From NCBI GenBank assembly GCA_019423565.1, contig JAHZBE010000002.1, positions 18,563 to 82,562 on the forward strand: a DNA stretch of 64,000 nt. The letters run 5' to 3'. This DNA is from a bacterium (lineage in GTDB: Bacteria > Bacillota_I > Bacilli_A > RF39 > UBA660). How positions within the stretch are numbered: the first letter of the stretch is position 1; the number at the start of each line of letters is the position of its first letter. The notes beneath the pieces were generated by a model, which had not been told where the DNA came from, searched no databases, and saw nothing but the letters and a program-made list of their open reading frames with translations. The translations under genes and the position numbers were made by a program. Below are positions 51,528 to 61,651 of the stretch, piece after piece.

Positions 51528-53171
51528 CTAATCTAATCGAATTAAATTAAATTCTATTTCAATATCTCTTGTGTTAGTTTCAGGATTTATTTCACCAATC
51601 AATACTTGTTCTATAAATTCATCAACAATCTCTTTTGTTAATTTATCAATATGTTTATATTTTTCGAAAACTTTTTTACTTGTTTGAACTTTTTCTTCAT
51701 TTGTTTTAATATTTAAAAGCTCATCATTTATTACTTTGATTCTTTTCTTATATTCTTCTATTTCTTTACTAAATTTCTCTCTTAACATCATAAATTCATC
51801 TTGTGAAATAATTCCTTCTAATTTATCTTCATATATTGACTTATAATAATCATTTTTTTTATTTATTTTTGTATTCAATTCTTCTTTTTCTTGTTCGAAG
51901 ATTTCTTTTTTTGAAATAGAACTAGAGTTTAAAGATTTTTTTTGAATTGTATATAATCTATCTAACTCATCAATATTATAATATATATCTAACTGTTTGT
52001 TAATCTCATCAACTATAATTTTTTCTAGCACATCACATCTTATTGAAGCATTATTATTACACTTATGATTAGCAAGCCTTACACCCTTACATTTTAAATA
52101 TGGTGTTTTACCCTCTGATGTTTTATATAAATTTCTAGTGAATACTTGATGACATTCTTTACAATATACTTTTCTGCTTAACATATAAACTTTGCCCGTT
52201 CTAGTTACTCTAGTCCTCGTCTTAAATTTACATTGAACAGCATTCCAAGTATCAACATCAATAATTGGTTCATGAGTGCCATAACTATATGTCCATTCAT
52301 CTTTAGGTTTATTTATTTGCTTATGATTTTTATAACTAACATATGTCTTTTTACCTTGAACTAAGTTTCCCATATAAACTTCATTTCTTAATATTCCATA
52401 AATAGTATCTTGACACCATTGTGTTCTCATTCCATATTTAGCACTTCTACAAACATATTTACTTCCATTTTCTTTTTTATAATTACTTGGTGTTAATATT
52501 CCTCTATCATTTAAATTCTTTGCAATTTTATAATATCCCATACCACTTTTATACATTGAAAAAATTTCTTTTACAATCTCAGCAGCAACTGGATCAATTA
52601 ATAGTTTATTTTTATTATTAGGATCTTTTTTATACCCATATGGAGCAAACGAACCTAAAAACAAGCCATCTTCTCGTTTATTTTGTAATGATCTTCTAAC
52701 ATTATCAGATAAATCTTCTAAATACCATTCATTAACTAAGCCATTAATTTGTCTTGACTTTTTATTACCTGCAACATCTGTATCTGCATTATCAACAATG
52801 CTTACAAATCTAACTCCCCATTCAATAAATTTATTATGAATATATCTTTCGATAACTTCCATATCTCTTGAAAATCTTGATTGAGTTTTACATAATACAA
52901 TATCCACTTCTCCTTTTTCACATTCTTCAATCATTTTGTTAAAACCTGGTCTGTTATTATCAGTACCAGAATAATCATCATCACTATATATGGCAACTAC
53001 TTCCCAGCCTTGTTCAAGTGCATATTTTAGTAACATACTCTTTTGATTTGCAATTGATTCACTATCATCATTTTTATTTTTCTTATATCTATCTTCGTCA
53101 GATAATCTAACATATATTATTACTCTCTTCGGTCCAATTCTTTTAACTCTTGTTATTGACATGAGAAGCAC
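51528..53171 (-). CDS. large serine recombinase (resolvase/invertase catalytic domain plus recombinase and zinc-ribbon/coiled-coil C-terminal domains)
   Basis: 547 aa; N-terminal VIIYVRLSDED (catalytic Ser in R-x-S context), resolvase-like fold, Cys-rich zinc-ribbon segment (CKECHQ...CKGVRLANHKC) and long C-terminal coiled coil. Confidence 0.85.
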   Translation of the reverse strand: MLLMSITRVKRIGPKRVIIYVRLSDEDRYKKNKNDDSESIANQKSMLLKYALEQGWEVVAIYSDDDYSGTDNNRPGFNKMIEECEKGEVDIVLCKTQSRFSRDMEVIERYIHNKFIEWGVRFVSIVDNADTDVAGNKKSRQINGLVNEWYLEDLSDNVRRSLQNKREDGLFLGSFAPYGYKKDPNNKNKLLIDPVAAEIVKEIFSMYKSGMGYYKIAKNLNDRGILTPSNYKKENGSKYVCRSAKYGMRTQWCQDTIYGILRNEVYMGNLVQGKKTYVSYKNHKQINKPKDEWTYSYGTHEPIIDVDTWNAVQCKFKTRTRVTRTGKVYMLSRKVYCKECHQVFTRNLYKTSEGKTPYLKCKGVRLANHKCNNNASIRCDVLEKIIVDEINKQLDIYYNIDELDRLYTIQKKSLNSSSISKKEIFEQEKEELNTKINKKNDYYKSIYEDKLEGIISQDEFMMLREKFSKEIEEYKKRIKVINDELLNIKTNEEKVQTSKKVFEKYKHIDKLTKEIVDEFIEQVLIGEINPETNTRDIEIEFNLIRLD

Positions 53172-53395
53172 CTCCTTTCAGCGATAATTCTATAGTATTT
53201 TTATAATTTAATTAAATGTATAAATATTAAATTTGCAGCCTTGACTTTTTAGCTTGTAGATTCTTTTTCCTGTAAAATAATAATTCTTAATAATTTCTCA
53301 TTAAAAATTTTTATCAATTCTTCTTTTGTATCATTATTAGTTTTTATAATTGACTTAACATTATATTTAATTTCTTCTTTCAAAACAATCACCTT

Positions 53396-53644
53396 TTAAA
53401 ATATATGCTTATAATCCTTAAATATTTTTTTCTCATCATAATTAGACATATTATTTATTAATTCAATTCCGTATTTAAAGGTCGGTTTTTTATCAAATGT
53501 CTTTTTTAAGTCAATATTATTATCTACACTATCATTTAAAACTTTTGCTACTTTAATCAAAGCAAGTTTCATACTCTTTTCACTTACCATCATTTCTGTT
53601 TCATAAATCATTTTTATTTTTACATTATATGTTTTTGTTCTCAT
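53396..53644 (-). CDS. hypothetical protein (translationally coupled downstream of the MazF-like gene)
   Basis: 82 aa ORF whose start overlaps the mazF-like stop; no recognised domain. Confidence 0.35.
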   Translation of the reverse strand: MRTKTYNVKIKMIYETEMMVSEKSMKLALIKVAKVLNDSVDNNIDLKKTFDKKPTFKYGIELINNMSNYDEKKIFKDYKHIF

Positions 53645-53647
53645 ATA

Positions 53648-54007
53648 TTAATTCTCCTTATCATTTATTCCAAAAGTATTTAAAAGTGCTTTGTTTACTG
53701 CCATCTGTTCCTTATAACTAATACTTGCAAGATATTGTTCTAACCTTTCTTTACTAATCGATCTGATATGCTCTATTAATACTACTGAATCATATTTTAA
53801 ATATCTTCTAGATTTAATAGAAACATGACTACACATATAAAACTTTTTATTAATAAGTTTTGTTATCGGTGCAACTATAACTGTTGGACAATTTCTTGTA
53901 CCCTTATTACTTTGAATAATCAAAACAGGTCTTCTACCACCTTGTTCATTACCAATAATCGGATCAAGGGTTGCATAATATATTTCTCCTCTTAACACTT
54001 GTTTCAT
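53648..54007 (-). CDS. MazF/PemK/EndoA-family endoribonuclease toxin
   Basis: Start at ATG 54007 with GGAGG RBS; RGEIYYATLDPIIGNEQGGRRPVLIIQSN...TVIVAPIT...LIEHIRSISKERL closely parallels B. subtilis EndoA (NdoA). Confidence 0.8.
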   Translation of the reverse strand: MKQVLRGEIYYATLDPIIGNEQGGRRPVLIIQSNKGTRNCPTVIVAPITKLINKKFYMCSHVSIKSRRYLKYDSVVLIEHIRSISKERLEQYLASISYKEQMAVNKALLNTFGINDKEN

Positions 54008-54074
54008 TAAATACCTCCATTTTAGGCAAAATAAAAAGACCTTTAAGGTCTTACTAAAAAATATCTTTGCTATT

Positions 54075-54611
54075 TTATTTACAAATAATGTAGTCGCTAT
54101 AATCAAAATTTAAAGGTAAAGATTCATCATAATCAAAATTCTCATTTGCCATTACCTCCATGTGAAATGTTAATACTATTCTTATAATACAACTATTAAC
54201 AAATGGTATAACACCACATCTAGATCTTTGCATAACTTTAGACAGTTGATATTCTGTTTTCTCATTTATAAACTTTTCAGTAAAGCATTTCTTTTCATCT
54301 GCATTCATAATCTTCATCATAGCAGTTATTTTTTCATTCATAAAACGATATTCAGCCACTTCATCTATTTTCCTATCAATACTATCCATTTGATGATTCT
54401 CTCTAGGTAAAGAGCATGAATATATAGGTTCATATCTTGAAGTTATTCTTATTGTAGGTTCATTAGGATATTTATTCTTTAACCTCACAAAATGGTGCAT
54501 TATCTTTAATGCAATTTGAGTACACATTTCTAAATTATACTCACTTATAAATACTTTACTTAAAATATCATTATCTAGATATTCATAATTTTTGTTATCT
54601 TCATCATTCAT
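54075..54611 (-). CDS. hypothetical regulator, ArpU/sigma-region-4-like (weak)
   Basis: 178 aa; C-terminal region has an HTH-like segment (TEYQLSKVMQRSRCGV); assignment weak. Confidence 0.3.
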   Translation of the reverse strand: MNDEDNKNYEYLDNDILSKVFISEYNLEMCTQIALKIMHHFVRLKNKYPNEPTIRITSRYEPIYSCSLPRENHQMDSIDRKIDEVAEYRFMNEKITAMMKIMNADEKKCFTEKFINEKTEYQLSKVMQRSRCGVIPFVNSCIIRIVLTFHMEVMANENFDYDESLPLNFDYSDYIICK

Positions 54612-54687
54612 TTTGATCTTATCCCACTATAGCAAAGAAAAAGGAAAATCATTTTTTAGGACAAGAAACCCCATTTTTGATTTTCCT

Positions 54688-55245
54688 TTAAAAATTAATT
54701 GAAAATATACTATATGGAGCACATACACATTTTCTAAAAAATCCTTTACCATTTAAAGAATATGAAGTACCTAATTTTTTCTTTAATTCTTCTTTATCAT
54801 TAAGTAATAAGATGTCATCATATAATTTTGATTCAAATTTTGGAATTTCCAAATTTTCTCTATATTTATCAGGATATTTTATATTTAATTCATCAAATAT
54901 TTCTAAAACGTTTCTTACAGATTCTATTGCTATCTTTTTCCAATCTACACTTTCTTTTTTATTTATGAAAAATTCATTAACAGCTTCTATATTATTAAAA
55001 TCATAAGCAAGTAACTCTATTTTTTGACCATAAAAAGATGTAGTTATTTCCATACCTACTTTTATGTCACCACTAAAATTATTTCTAACATTTTCATCCA
55101 TTAATTCTATATGTGCACTGCAGTTATCATGATCCGTAATGGAGATAATTGATAAACCTTTTTCTTCTGCCATTCTTAATAAAGTACTTACATCATATAC
55201 TCCATCAGAATATAACGAATGCATATGTAAATCTATTTTTTTCAT
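54688..55245 (-). CDS. PHP domain metal-dependent phosphoesterase
   Basis: N-terminal IDLHMHSLYSDG...ISITDHD PHP motifs I and II; 185 aa. Confidence 0.6.
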   Translation of the reverse strand: MKKIDLHMHSLYSDGVYDVSTLLRMAEEKGLSIISITDHDNCSAHIELMDENVRNNFSGDIKVGMEITTSFYGQKIELLAYDFNNIEAVNEFFINKKESVDWKKIAIESVRNVLEIFDELNIKYPDKYRENLEIPKFESKLYDDILLLNDKEELKKKLGTSYSLNGKGFFRKCVCAPYSIFSINF

Positions 55246-55438
55246 ATATATCCCTTCTTTAAATCATATATTCTATCACAAAGATTAAAAAAAGCAAAAT
55301 TATTTTTTTGCTCTTCAATTTTATATTTTCTATTTAAATATAAAAAATATCTTTTTCTAGTTTTAACCTTAAGATTTTGATTTTTAACTTTGATTGATTA
55401 TACACATATTATTTTTTAATATATAAGTCTCTATTTTA

Positions 55439-57142
55439 CTATTTTTGCAATAATTTGTAATATTTATTATTTTTAATAAGTTCCTTATGTTTACCATTTC
55501 CGACAATTTTACCATGATCAATAACCAGTATATTATCTGCCATTTTCATTAATTTAGGTTTATGTGTAATCATAATAACTGTATGATCTTTCTTTAGATT
55601 TTTTAACACATTCATAACATGCTTTGCAGTATTAGGATCTAAAGAAGCAGTTACTTCATCAAATAATAATATTTCAGATTTTGACAATAAAGTTCTTGCT
55701 AATGCTATAAGTTGCTTTTGTCCACCTGATATATCTACTGCATCTTCTTTTAAAATAGTATTATATCCTTTAGGTAAAGACATTATGAAATTATGTATTC
55801 CTACTCTTTTACATGCTTCTACTTGATGTTCATGATTAGAATCAATTAAACTTAAATTTTCCTTTATACTCATATTAAATATAAATGGTTTTTGAGTTGT
55901 TATTGAAACATTAGAAGAATAAATCTTATTTGAATATTCATATATATTAATTCCATCTATATAAATATTTCCTTTATCTAATTTATATAATCTAAGTAAT
56001 AATCTAAATATTGTTGATTTACCTGATCCGGATTTTCCAACTATTGCAGTTAAGGAATTTGCATGTATATCAAAACTAATATTATTTAATATTAATTTAT
56101 TTTCGTATGTAAATGATACATTTTCAAAACTAACATTACCAAATATATCATCTGTTATATTATTTCCAAATGATAACATATTCTTATTATTGTAATACAT
56201 TACATTATACAATCTATCAATACGAACGCTACTAGCTGACATTTTGTTTATTCTTTTAAAAAATTCTGTATTTTCTGTTTCAATTCTATCAATATAACCA
56301 ACAACCAAAATAAGCATTCCAACATTCATATTTCCTTTTAATATTTCAAAAATTACAATAACATATGAAGTAATTTTTGCAACTATAATAAGAATTGGCA
56401 AGATGCATTCGTTTATATCCCAATATTTTCTTTTTAAAAAATATTGTTTTCTCCACTCTTTTTTATATAAATTTAAATAATCATTAAGTTTGTCTGACAT
56501 ACTAAAAGATTTAATTTCTTTATTACCATCTAATATTTGTGTAAACATTTCAACTATTTTATCTTGCTGTTTTCTTTGACCATTTAAGTAATAATCTCTC
56601 TTCTTTTGACCCTTATCTAATAAGTACAAATATAGAATATTAAAAAGTAGTACAATAATTCCAATATAAATATTGTAATTTAGTAAAATAATTAAAGAAA
56701 TTATAAGACTTATAAAATGTGTTACTGCATCGACCATTCTATCATCAAACATACAAACTTCAAAAGTATCATTCGCAACCGTATTAATCAAATATGATTT
56801 TGAAACTTTCTTTGTAAAATTCTCATCATATTTAACAACACTTTCAATAACATTTTCTTGTAATTTTGTATACACATAATTTGAATTATTTCTGTATGCA
56901 ACATAGTTCCAATGATATACAATATTATAAATTAAATAATTTATCGATAAATAAAATACATTTAAAAAAGCATTATTAAAATCTTGAATTGTAGCATACT
57001 CTACAATCTTTGAAGCAAATATTGGTATACCTAAAACCGTTGTGCTTCTTAAAAAGGCTGAGAAAAAAAGTGCAAATAATAGTTTTTTATCATTAGCATG
57101 TAACTTTAAATATTTTTTATAAATTTTAAAATATCTAATCAT
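55439..57142 (-). CDS. ABC transporter ATP-binding/permease protein (exporter)
   Basis: TMD plus NBD (GKSGSGKST, ISGGQKQ, LLFDEVTASLD); close paralog of the adjacent gene. Confidence 0.85.
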   Translation of the reverse strand: MIRYFKIYKKYLKLHANDKKLLFALFFSAFLRSTTVLGIPIFASKIVEYATIQDFNNAFLNVFYLSINYLIYNIVYHWNYVAYRNNSNYVYTKLQENVIESVVKYDENFTKKVSKSYLINTVANDTFEVCMFDDRMVDAVTHFISLIISLIILLNYNIYIGIIVLLFNILYLYLLDKGQKKRDYYLNGQRKQQDKIVEMFTQILDGNKEIKSFSMSDKLNDYLNLYKKEWRKQYFLKRKYWDINECILPILIIVAKITSYVIVIFEILKGNMNVGMLILVVGYIDRIETENTEFFKRINKMSASSVRIDRLYNVMYYNNKNMLSFGNNITDDIFGNVSFENVSFTYENKLILNNISFDIHANSLTAIVGKSGSGKSTIFRLLLRLYKLDKGNIYIDGINIYEYSNKIYSSNVSITTQKPFIFNMSIKENLSLIDSNHEHQVEACKRVGIHNFIMSLPKGYNTILKEDAVDISGGQKQLIALARTLLSKSEILLFDEVTASLDPNTAKHVMNVLKNLKKDHTVIMITHKPKLMKMADNILVIDHGKIVGNGKHKELIKNNKYYKLLQK

Positions 57143-58880
57143 TATTAAACACTCCTAACTTACTTGCACTTTTTCTAGTTTGCAAAGCCCTATAATACTC
57201 ATTACTTTCTAATAATTGTTTATGTGTACCATCTCCAACTATTTTTCCTTCATTTAAAACTATAATTCTATCTGCTTTTTTCATTAATTCTGGTTTATGA
57301 GTAATCATAATTATTGTATGATCTTTTTTTAAATCTTTTAAAATAGTATCTATATTAGATGAAGTATCTGGATCTAAAGATGCTGTAATTTCATCAAATA
57401 ATAATATTTCAGATTTTGATAATAATGTTCTTGCTAAACTTATAAGTTGTTTCTGACCACCAGATATATTAGTCGCATTTTCTCGTAATATTGTGTTATA
57501 CCCTTTTGATAATGAAACTATAAAATCATGTATTCCAACTCTTTTACAAGCCTCTATTTGATTATTTATATTTGTATCAACAAAATCTAAGTTTTTTCTT
57601 ATACTCATATTAAATATAAATGGTTTTTGGTTTACAACACTTACGTTTGATTTATATATATCTTTTGAGTAGTCATATATATTAACACCATCAATTAGAA
57701 TTTCTCCAGAACTAGGTTTATATAATCTAAGTAAAAGATTAATTATTGATGTTTTACCAGTACCACTTTGTCCTACAATTGCAGTTAAAGAATTAGAATT
57801 TATTTTAAAACTTATACCTTTTATAATTTCTTTCTTGTTATATCCAAATCTTACATTATTAAATTCTATAATTCCATCTATATTATCATTGTATATATTT
57901 CCATAACTTATCAAATTATTTGATTTATAATTTAAAATACTATTTACCCTATCCACACATATACTTACTTCTCTTATAGTTGATGTTGAATCAATTAATT
58001 GATCTAAATAAGAAGTAATTGTTTCAAAATAGCCAACAATTAAAACTAAAACATCAACTGTTATTTTTTGTTTTGTCATTAAAAATAATAATATTAAATA
58101 CAAAGATATTTTGAAAAAATAAGTTATAAATCTAACATCATTATCTCTTATAGTTAAATAATTTCTTTTTTTAATATAACTATCACTATATTTATTTTTT
58201 ATTTCATTAAGTTTCAACTTTAATTTTGGTAACATATTAAATGTTTTAATTTCTTGTAATCCTGATAAAATTTGTGAAAATAAACTACTATATCTATCAA
58301 TCGCATGTTTTTGTTTTCTTAAATAAATTGATGATTTTCTATCAACATAATTTTTAATTTCTATATGTAAAATGGAGTAGATTAAAAATATTACAAAAAC
58401 CAATTTATCATATCTAGCAACTATTATACATACAATAATTACTTGTATAATAGTTGTAAATAATTCAGAAATTTGATTACACATATCTCCTATATCTATT
58501 ACATCTGAATTTATTGAATTTAATAGTTTACCTTTACCTATATTTTTAGTAAAATTATCATCTACTTGTACTAATTTATTTAATAATTTCGTTTGTAAAT
58601 TGTTATAACAATAATTCATATTTTTACCATATACTTTTAAATTAATAAAATAAAATAATTTATAAAAGATGTATGAAATTGTTAATAACCCCAAATTTAT
58701 AAAAGTCATTTTAGAATCACTTAATGTTGCATATTTTATAATTTTTGATGCAAACAAAGTATTTAAAATCAAAAATCCTTTATAACAAAAAGCAGTAAAT
58801 ATCATTTCAAATAAATATCTTGCTTTAGTTTGTGAAAGTTTTAAATATTCTTTTATAAATTTAATATATTCCTTTATCAT
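57135..58880 (-). CDS. ABC transporter ATP-binding/permease protein (exporter), tandem paralog
   Basis: TMD plus NBD (GQSGTGKTS, ISGGQKQ, LLFDEITASLD); 8-nt overlap with partner. Confidence 0.85.
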   Translation of the reverse strand: MIKEYIKFIKEYLKLSQTKARYLFEMIFTAFCYKGFLILNTLFASKIIKYATLSDSKMTFINLGLLTISYIFYKLFYFINLKVYGKNMNYCYNNLQTKLLNKLVQVDDNFTKNIGKGKLLNSINSDVIDIGDMCNQISELFTTIIQVIIVCIIVARYDKLVFVIFLIYSILHIEIKNYVDRKSSIYLRKQKHAIDRYSSLFSQILSGLQEIKTFNMLPKLKLKLNEIKNKYSDSYIKKRNYLTIRDNDVRFITYFFKISLYLILLFLMTKQKITVDVLVLIVGYFETITSYLDQLIDSTSTIREVSICVDRVNSILNYKSNNLISYGNIYNDNIDGIIEFNNVRFGYNKKEIIKGISFKINSNSLTAIVGQSGTGKTSIINLLLRLYKPSSGEILIDGVNIYDYSKDIYKSNVSVVNQKPFIFNMSIRKNLDFVDTNINNQIEACKRVGIHDFIVSLSKGYNTILRENATNISGGQKQLISLARTLLSKSEILLFDEITASLDPDTSSNIDTILKDLKKDHTIIMITHKPELMKKADRIIVLNEGKIVGDGTHKQLLESNEYYRALQTRKSASKLGVFNND

Positions 58881-59037
58881 TTACTTAACCCCTATACATA
58901 TAATTACTACATTTGATTTTTATAATTACATTCTTTCGTTATTATTAATATTAATTATAACATAAAATAATAAAAGAAAAAACCTAACTTAGTTTTTTCT
59001 TTTATTCACCTATAGAAAATAAATCTATTTTAAAGAT

Positions 59038-59469
59038 TTATTTTTCATAATATATATCTATATCAACAGTACCATCAATTCCATCTACTTTACCGATTTC
59101 TGTTAATTGCCAGAATTTATAATTACCTTCATAACTTGTTTTATCTTCTACTTTTGAGGTTTCTGTTGAATTTGTTTTATTACTTGATGATCTTTCTTTG
59201 CTTTTTTCAGTTTCACTTGAACTATTTGTAGGTTCTTTTTCTTGTTCTTTGGATAAATCTGACTTTTCTTCCATTTTTTCATCATTCTTTGTTTTTTCAA
59301 CAGATTTGTTAACTTCTTCATTCTCCTCAAATGTAGGTAATTCACTTGTAAAAGCATTTCCAATACCGATAATTGCACATAAAACTGTTACTGCAATAAA
59401 AATTTTATAATTTTTTTCATCATACAAAGTTCCTTTCTTGCCTACACTATACCACATTTTTAATAACAA
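59038..59469 (-). CDS. hypothetical N-terminally anchored, S/E/K-rich exported protein
   Basis: 143 aa; N-terminal TM/signal anchor then low-complexity acidic region. Confidence 0.4.
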   Translation of the reverse strand: MLLKMWYSVGKKGTLYDEKNYKIFIAVTVLCAIIGIGNAFTSELPTFEENEEVNKSVEKTKNDEKMEEKSDLSKEQEKEPTNSSSETEKSKERSSSNKTNSTETSKVEDKTSYEGNYKFWQLTEIGKVDGIDGTVDIDIYYEK

Positions 59470-59599
59470 TTAAAAGTGTGCAATAATTTTATTTCTAGAT
59501 TATTTATTTATACTACTATTAATTCTTTCAGTTAGTTAATAATAGTTAGTATATTTAGGGGAGGTTGTAGGAAGGGATTTTATAGAATAAATACTCCCA

Positions 59600-60553
59600 T
59601 TATCTTTCCATTTGTTTTTTGCGTTGATGATTGTTATAAAATTCAACTGCTTTGACTACATAATCTTCTCGACCTTTATCATCTAAATTTCGTGGGAGTA
59701 AATTTCGTAATCTATCTGCATTAAATTTATACTTTTCTTTTTGATTAGGTTTCTCTTGTTCCATCAAACTATCCATTGTATCTTGATTAAGTTCTTTTTT
59801 TCTACTTAATTCTTTCAATTGGATTGCTTGAGATAGGGATGGTGTACAATCAGAATATTCCATACAATCTAAAAGCATATTTTGTTCATCTTTTGTTAAA
59901 TAAGATATTTCAACAGCAGGTCTAAAAGCAATTCGTTCACTATCTACCATATCTAATATTTTAGGTATTAGTTCGGTTAGTCTTATATATCTAAAAACTG
60001 TTGCTCTACTATCATCAAATTCTTTTCCAAGTTTTTCTGCACTATCTAACTTTGTATCCATTGGCGACAAAGTTAAATCATTTCTTTTTCCTTGGCTATT
60101 TAATGCTTCAAGTTTAAGTTTATATGCAAATGCCTTCTCACTTGGTAGAATATGTTCCCTTTGCATATTACTATCAACCATAATTATAGTTGCTTCATCA
60201 TCTGTAAGTTCTCTAATAATACAAGGTATTGAATCTTTATTTGCTAGTTCACTTGCTTTCTTTCTTCTATGTCCTGAAATCATTTCATACTTACCATCTT
60301 GTTTTGGTCTAACTAAAACTGGAACTAATACTCCATATTCTTCAATACTCTTTGACATTTCTCTCATTTCATCATCTACTATAACTTTAAACGGATGATT
60401 AGGAAAATCTGCTATATCACTTATTTTTAAATTTTCAACATGCTTTTTACTCCTTAAATCTCTTTCTTCTTGCATAGTAAAAAACTCATCTCTCGTAATC
60501 TTTGGTAGTTGCATTTTTTTCTTTTGTTCTTCCATTTTCCACTTCTCTTGCAA
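59600..60553 (-). CDS. parB: ParB/Spo0J-like partition protein (ParB N-terminal nuclease-like domain)
   Basis: GVLVPVLVRPKQDGKYEMISGHRRKKA ParB box; HTH region follows; annotated start overlaps parA by about 68 nt, true start may be an internal Met (e.g. 60475). Confidence 0.75.
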   Translation of the reverse strand: MQEKWKMEEQKKKMQLPKITRDEFFTMQEERDLRSKKHVENLKISDIADFPNHPFKVIVDDEMREMSKSIEEYGVLVPVLVRPKQDGKYEMISGHRRKKASELANKDSIPCIIRELTDDEATIIMVDSNMQREHILPSEKAFAYKLKLEALNSQGKRNDLTLSPMDTKLDSAEKLGKEFDDSRATVFRYIRLTELIPKILDMVDSERIAFRPAVEISYLTKDEQNMLLDCMEYSDCTPSLSQAIQLKELSRKKELNQDTMDSLMEQEKPNQKEKYKFNADRLRNLLPRNLDDKGREDYVVKAVEFYNNHQRKKQMER

Positions 60554-61316
60554 ATGATGAATATGCTTCGGCTACTTTAATATTTTTATCATAACTAAAA
60601 ATACTCTTACCTTGCGAAGTTGATTCTGCCGTTTTAACTGCTATTGGTATTTGTGTATCAAATATCTTAACAATACTCCCATAACTTTCTTTTATTTCTT
60701 GTTTAACTTCTCTTGATAGATTAGTCCTATTATCAACTAATGTTATCAGTACTCCACCTATCTCTAATTTATGATTTAAATGCTTTTTAACATTAGATAT
60801 GGTACTTAATAAGTGTCCCATATTCTTTGCTGCTAAATATTGTGCTTGAACAGGAATAATAACTTTATCTGCACTTGTTAATGCATTAACTGTTATCATT
60901 CCAAGTGATGGCTGACAATCAAGAATTATATAATCATAATCTTTCTTTAAATTGTTTATACAACTTTTCATTATTTGTTCTCTGTTCATCGCATTTACCA
61001 ATTTCATTTCCATTGTTGAAAAATCTAAATTAGATGGTATTAAGTCAACATTCTCTTTATGGTGTAATATAGCATCTTTGCTATTTATTGAAATGTCATT
61101 TATTTCATGTTCCATTAAATCTGACATTGTTAATGAAAATTCATCTTGTTGATACCAACCCATGCATGTCGTTAAGTCTGCTTGTGGGTCAACATCTATT
61201 AACAAAACCTTTTTACCCATTTTAGATAGTGCTACACCTAAACTAAAAGTTGTGGTTGTTTTACCAACTCCACCCTTTTGATTTGCAACTGCTATTACTG
61301 TGTAATCATTCATCAT
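60486..61316 (-). CDS. parA: ParA/Soj-family partition ATPase
   Basis: Start at ATG 61316 with AGGAGG RBS; deviant Walker A AVANQKGGVGKTTT, DCQPSLG motif. Confidence 0.85.
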   Translation of the reverse strand: MMNDYTVIAVANQKGGVGKTTTTFSLGVALSKMGKKVLLIDVDPQADLTTCMGWYQQDEFSLTMSDLMEHEINDISINSKDAILHHKENVDLIPSNLDFSTMEMKLVNAMNREQIMKSCINNLKKDYDYIILDCQPSLGMITVNALTSADKVIIPVQAQYLAAKNMGHLLSTISNVKKHLNHKLEIGGVLITLVDNRTNLSREVKQEIKESYGSIVKIFDTQIPIAVKTAESTSQGKSIFSYDKNIKVAEAYSSFAREVENGRTKEKNATTKDYER

Positions 61317-61651
61317 TTTTTCCTCCTTTCTAATCTGCCATGCTATCTCTACATGACAAAGTAAACACAAAAAAAAGAACTTTTTCTTTAAAAGTCCTTA
61401 TTTTATATACCTTGTTATCAGGTATCATTGGTGTCCTGCATCTACAACAATCTTCACATTATTATTCATAAAATCTCTCCTCAAATTATTTTATGATAAA
61501 TACCCAAATGTGTTATTGTTTATTTTACTTTAAATATAAAATTTTTTAGGTAGATAAATTATTACAATAATATATAATGTTAACATATTTAATTACTTTT
61601 AATAAATTTCCTTCAGTTTTCTAACTCATTAATTATCATAAATAAGTTAAC

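Noticed and set aside
59148-59410. Nested minus- and plus-strand ORFs of 70-76 aa inside 59038..59469
   Set aside because: They are alternative frames of the low-complexity S/E/K-rich region of the larger ORF. The outer ORF has the N-terminal anchor and is the more plausible gene.
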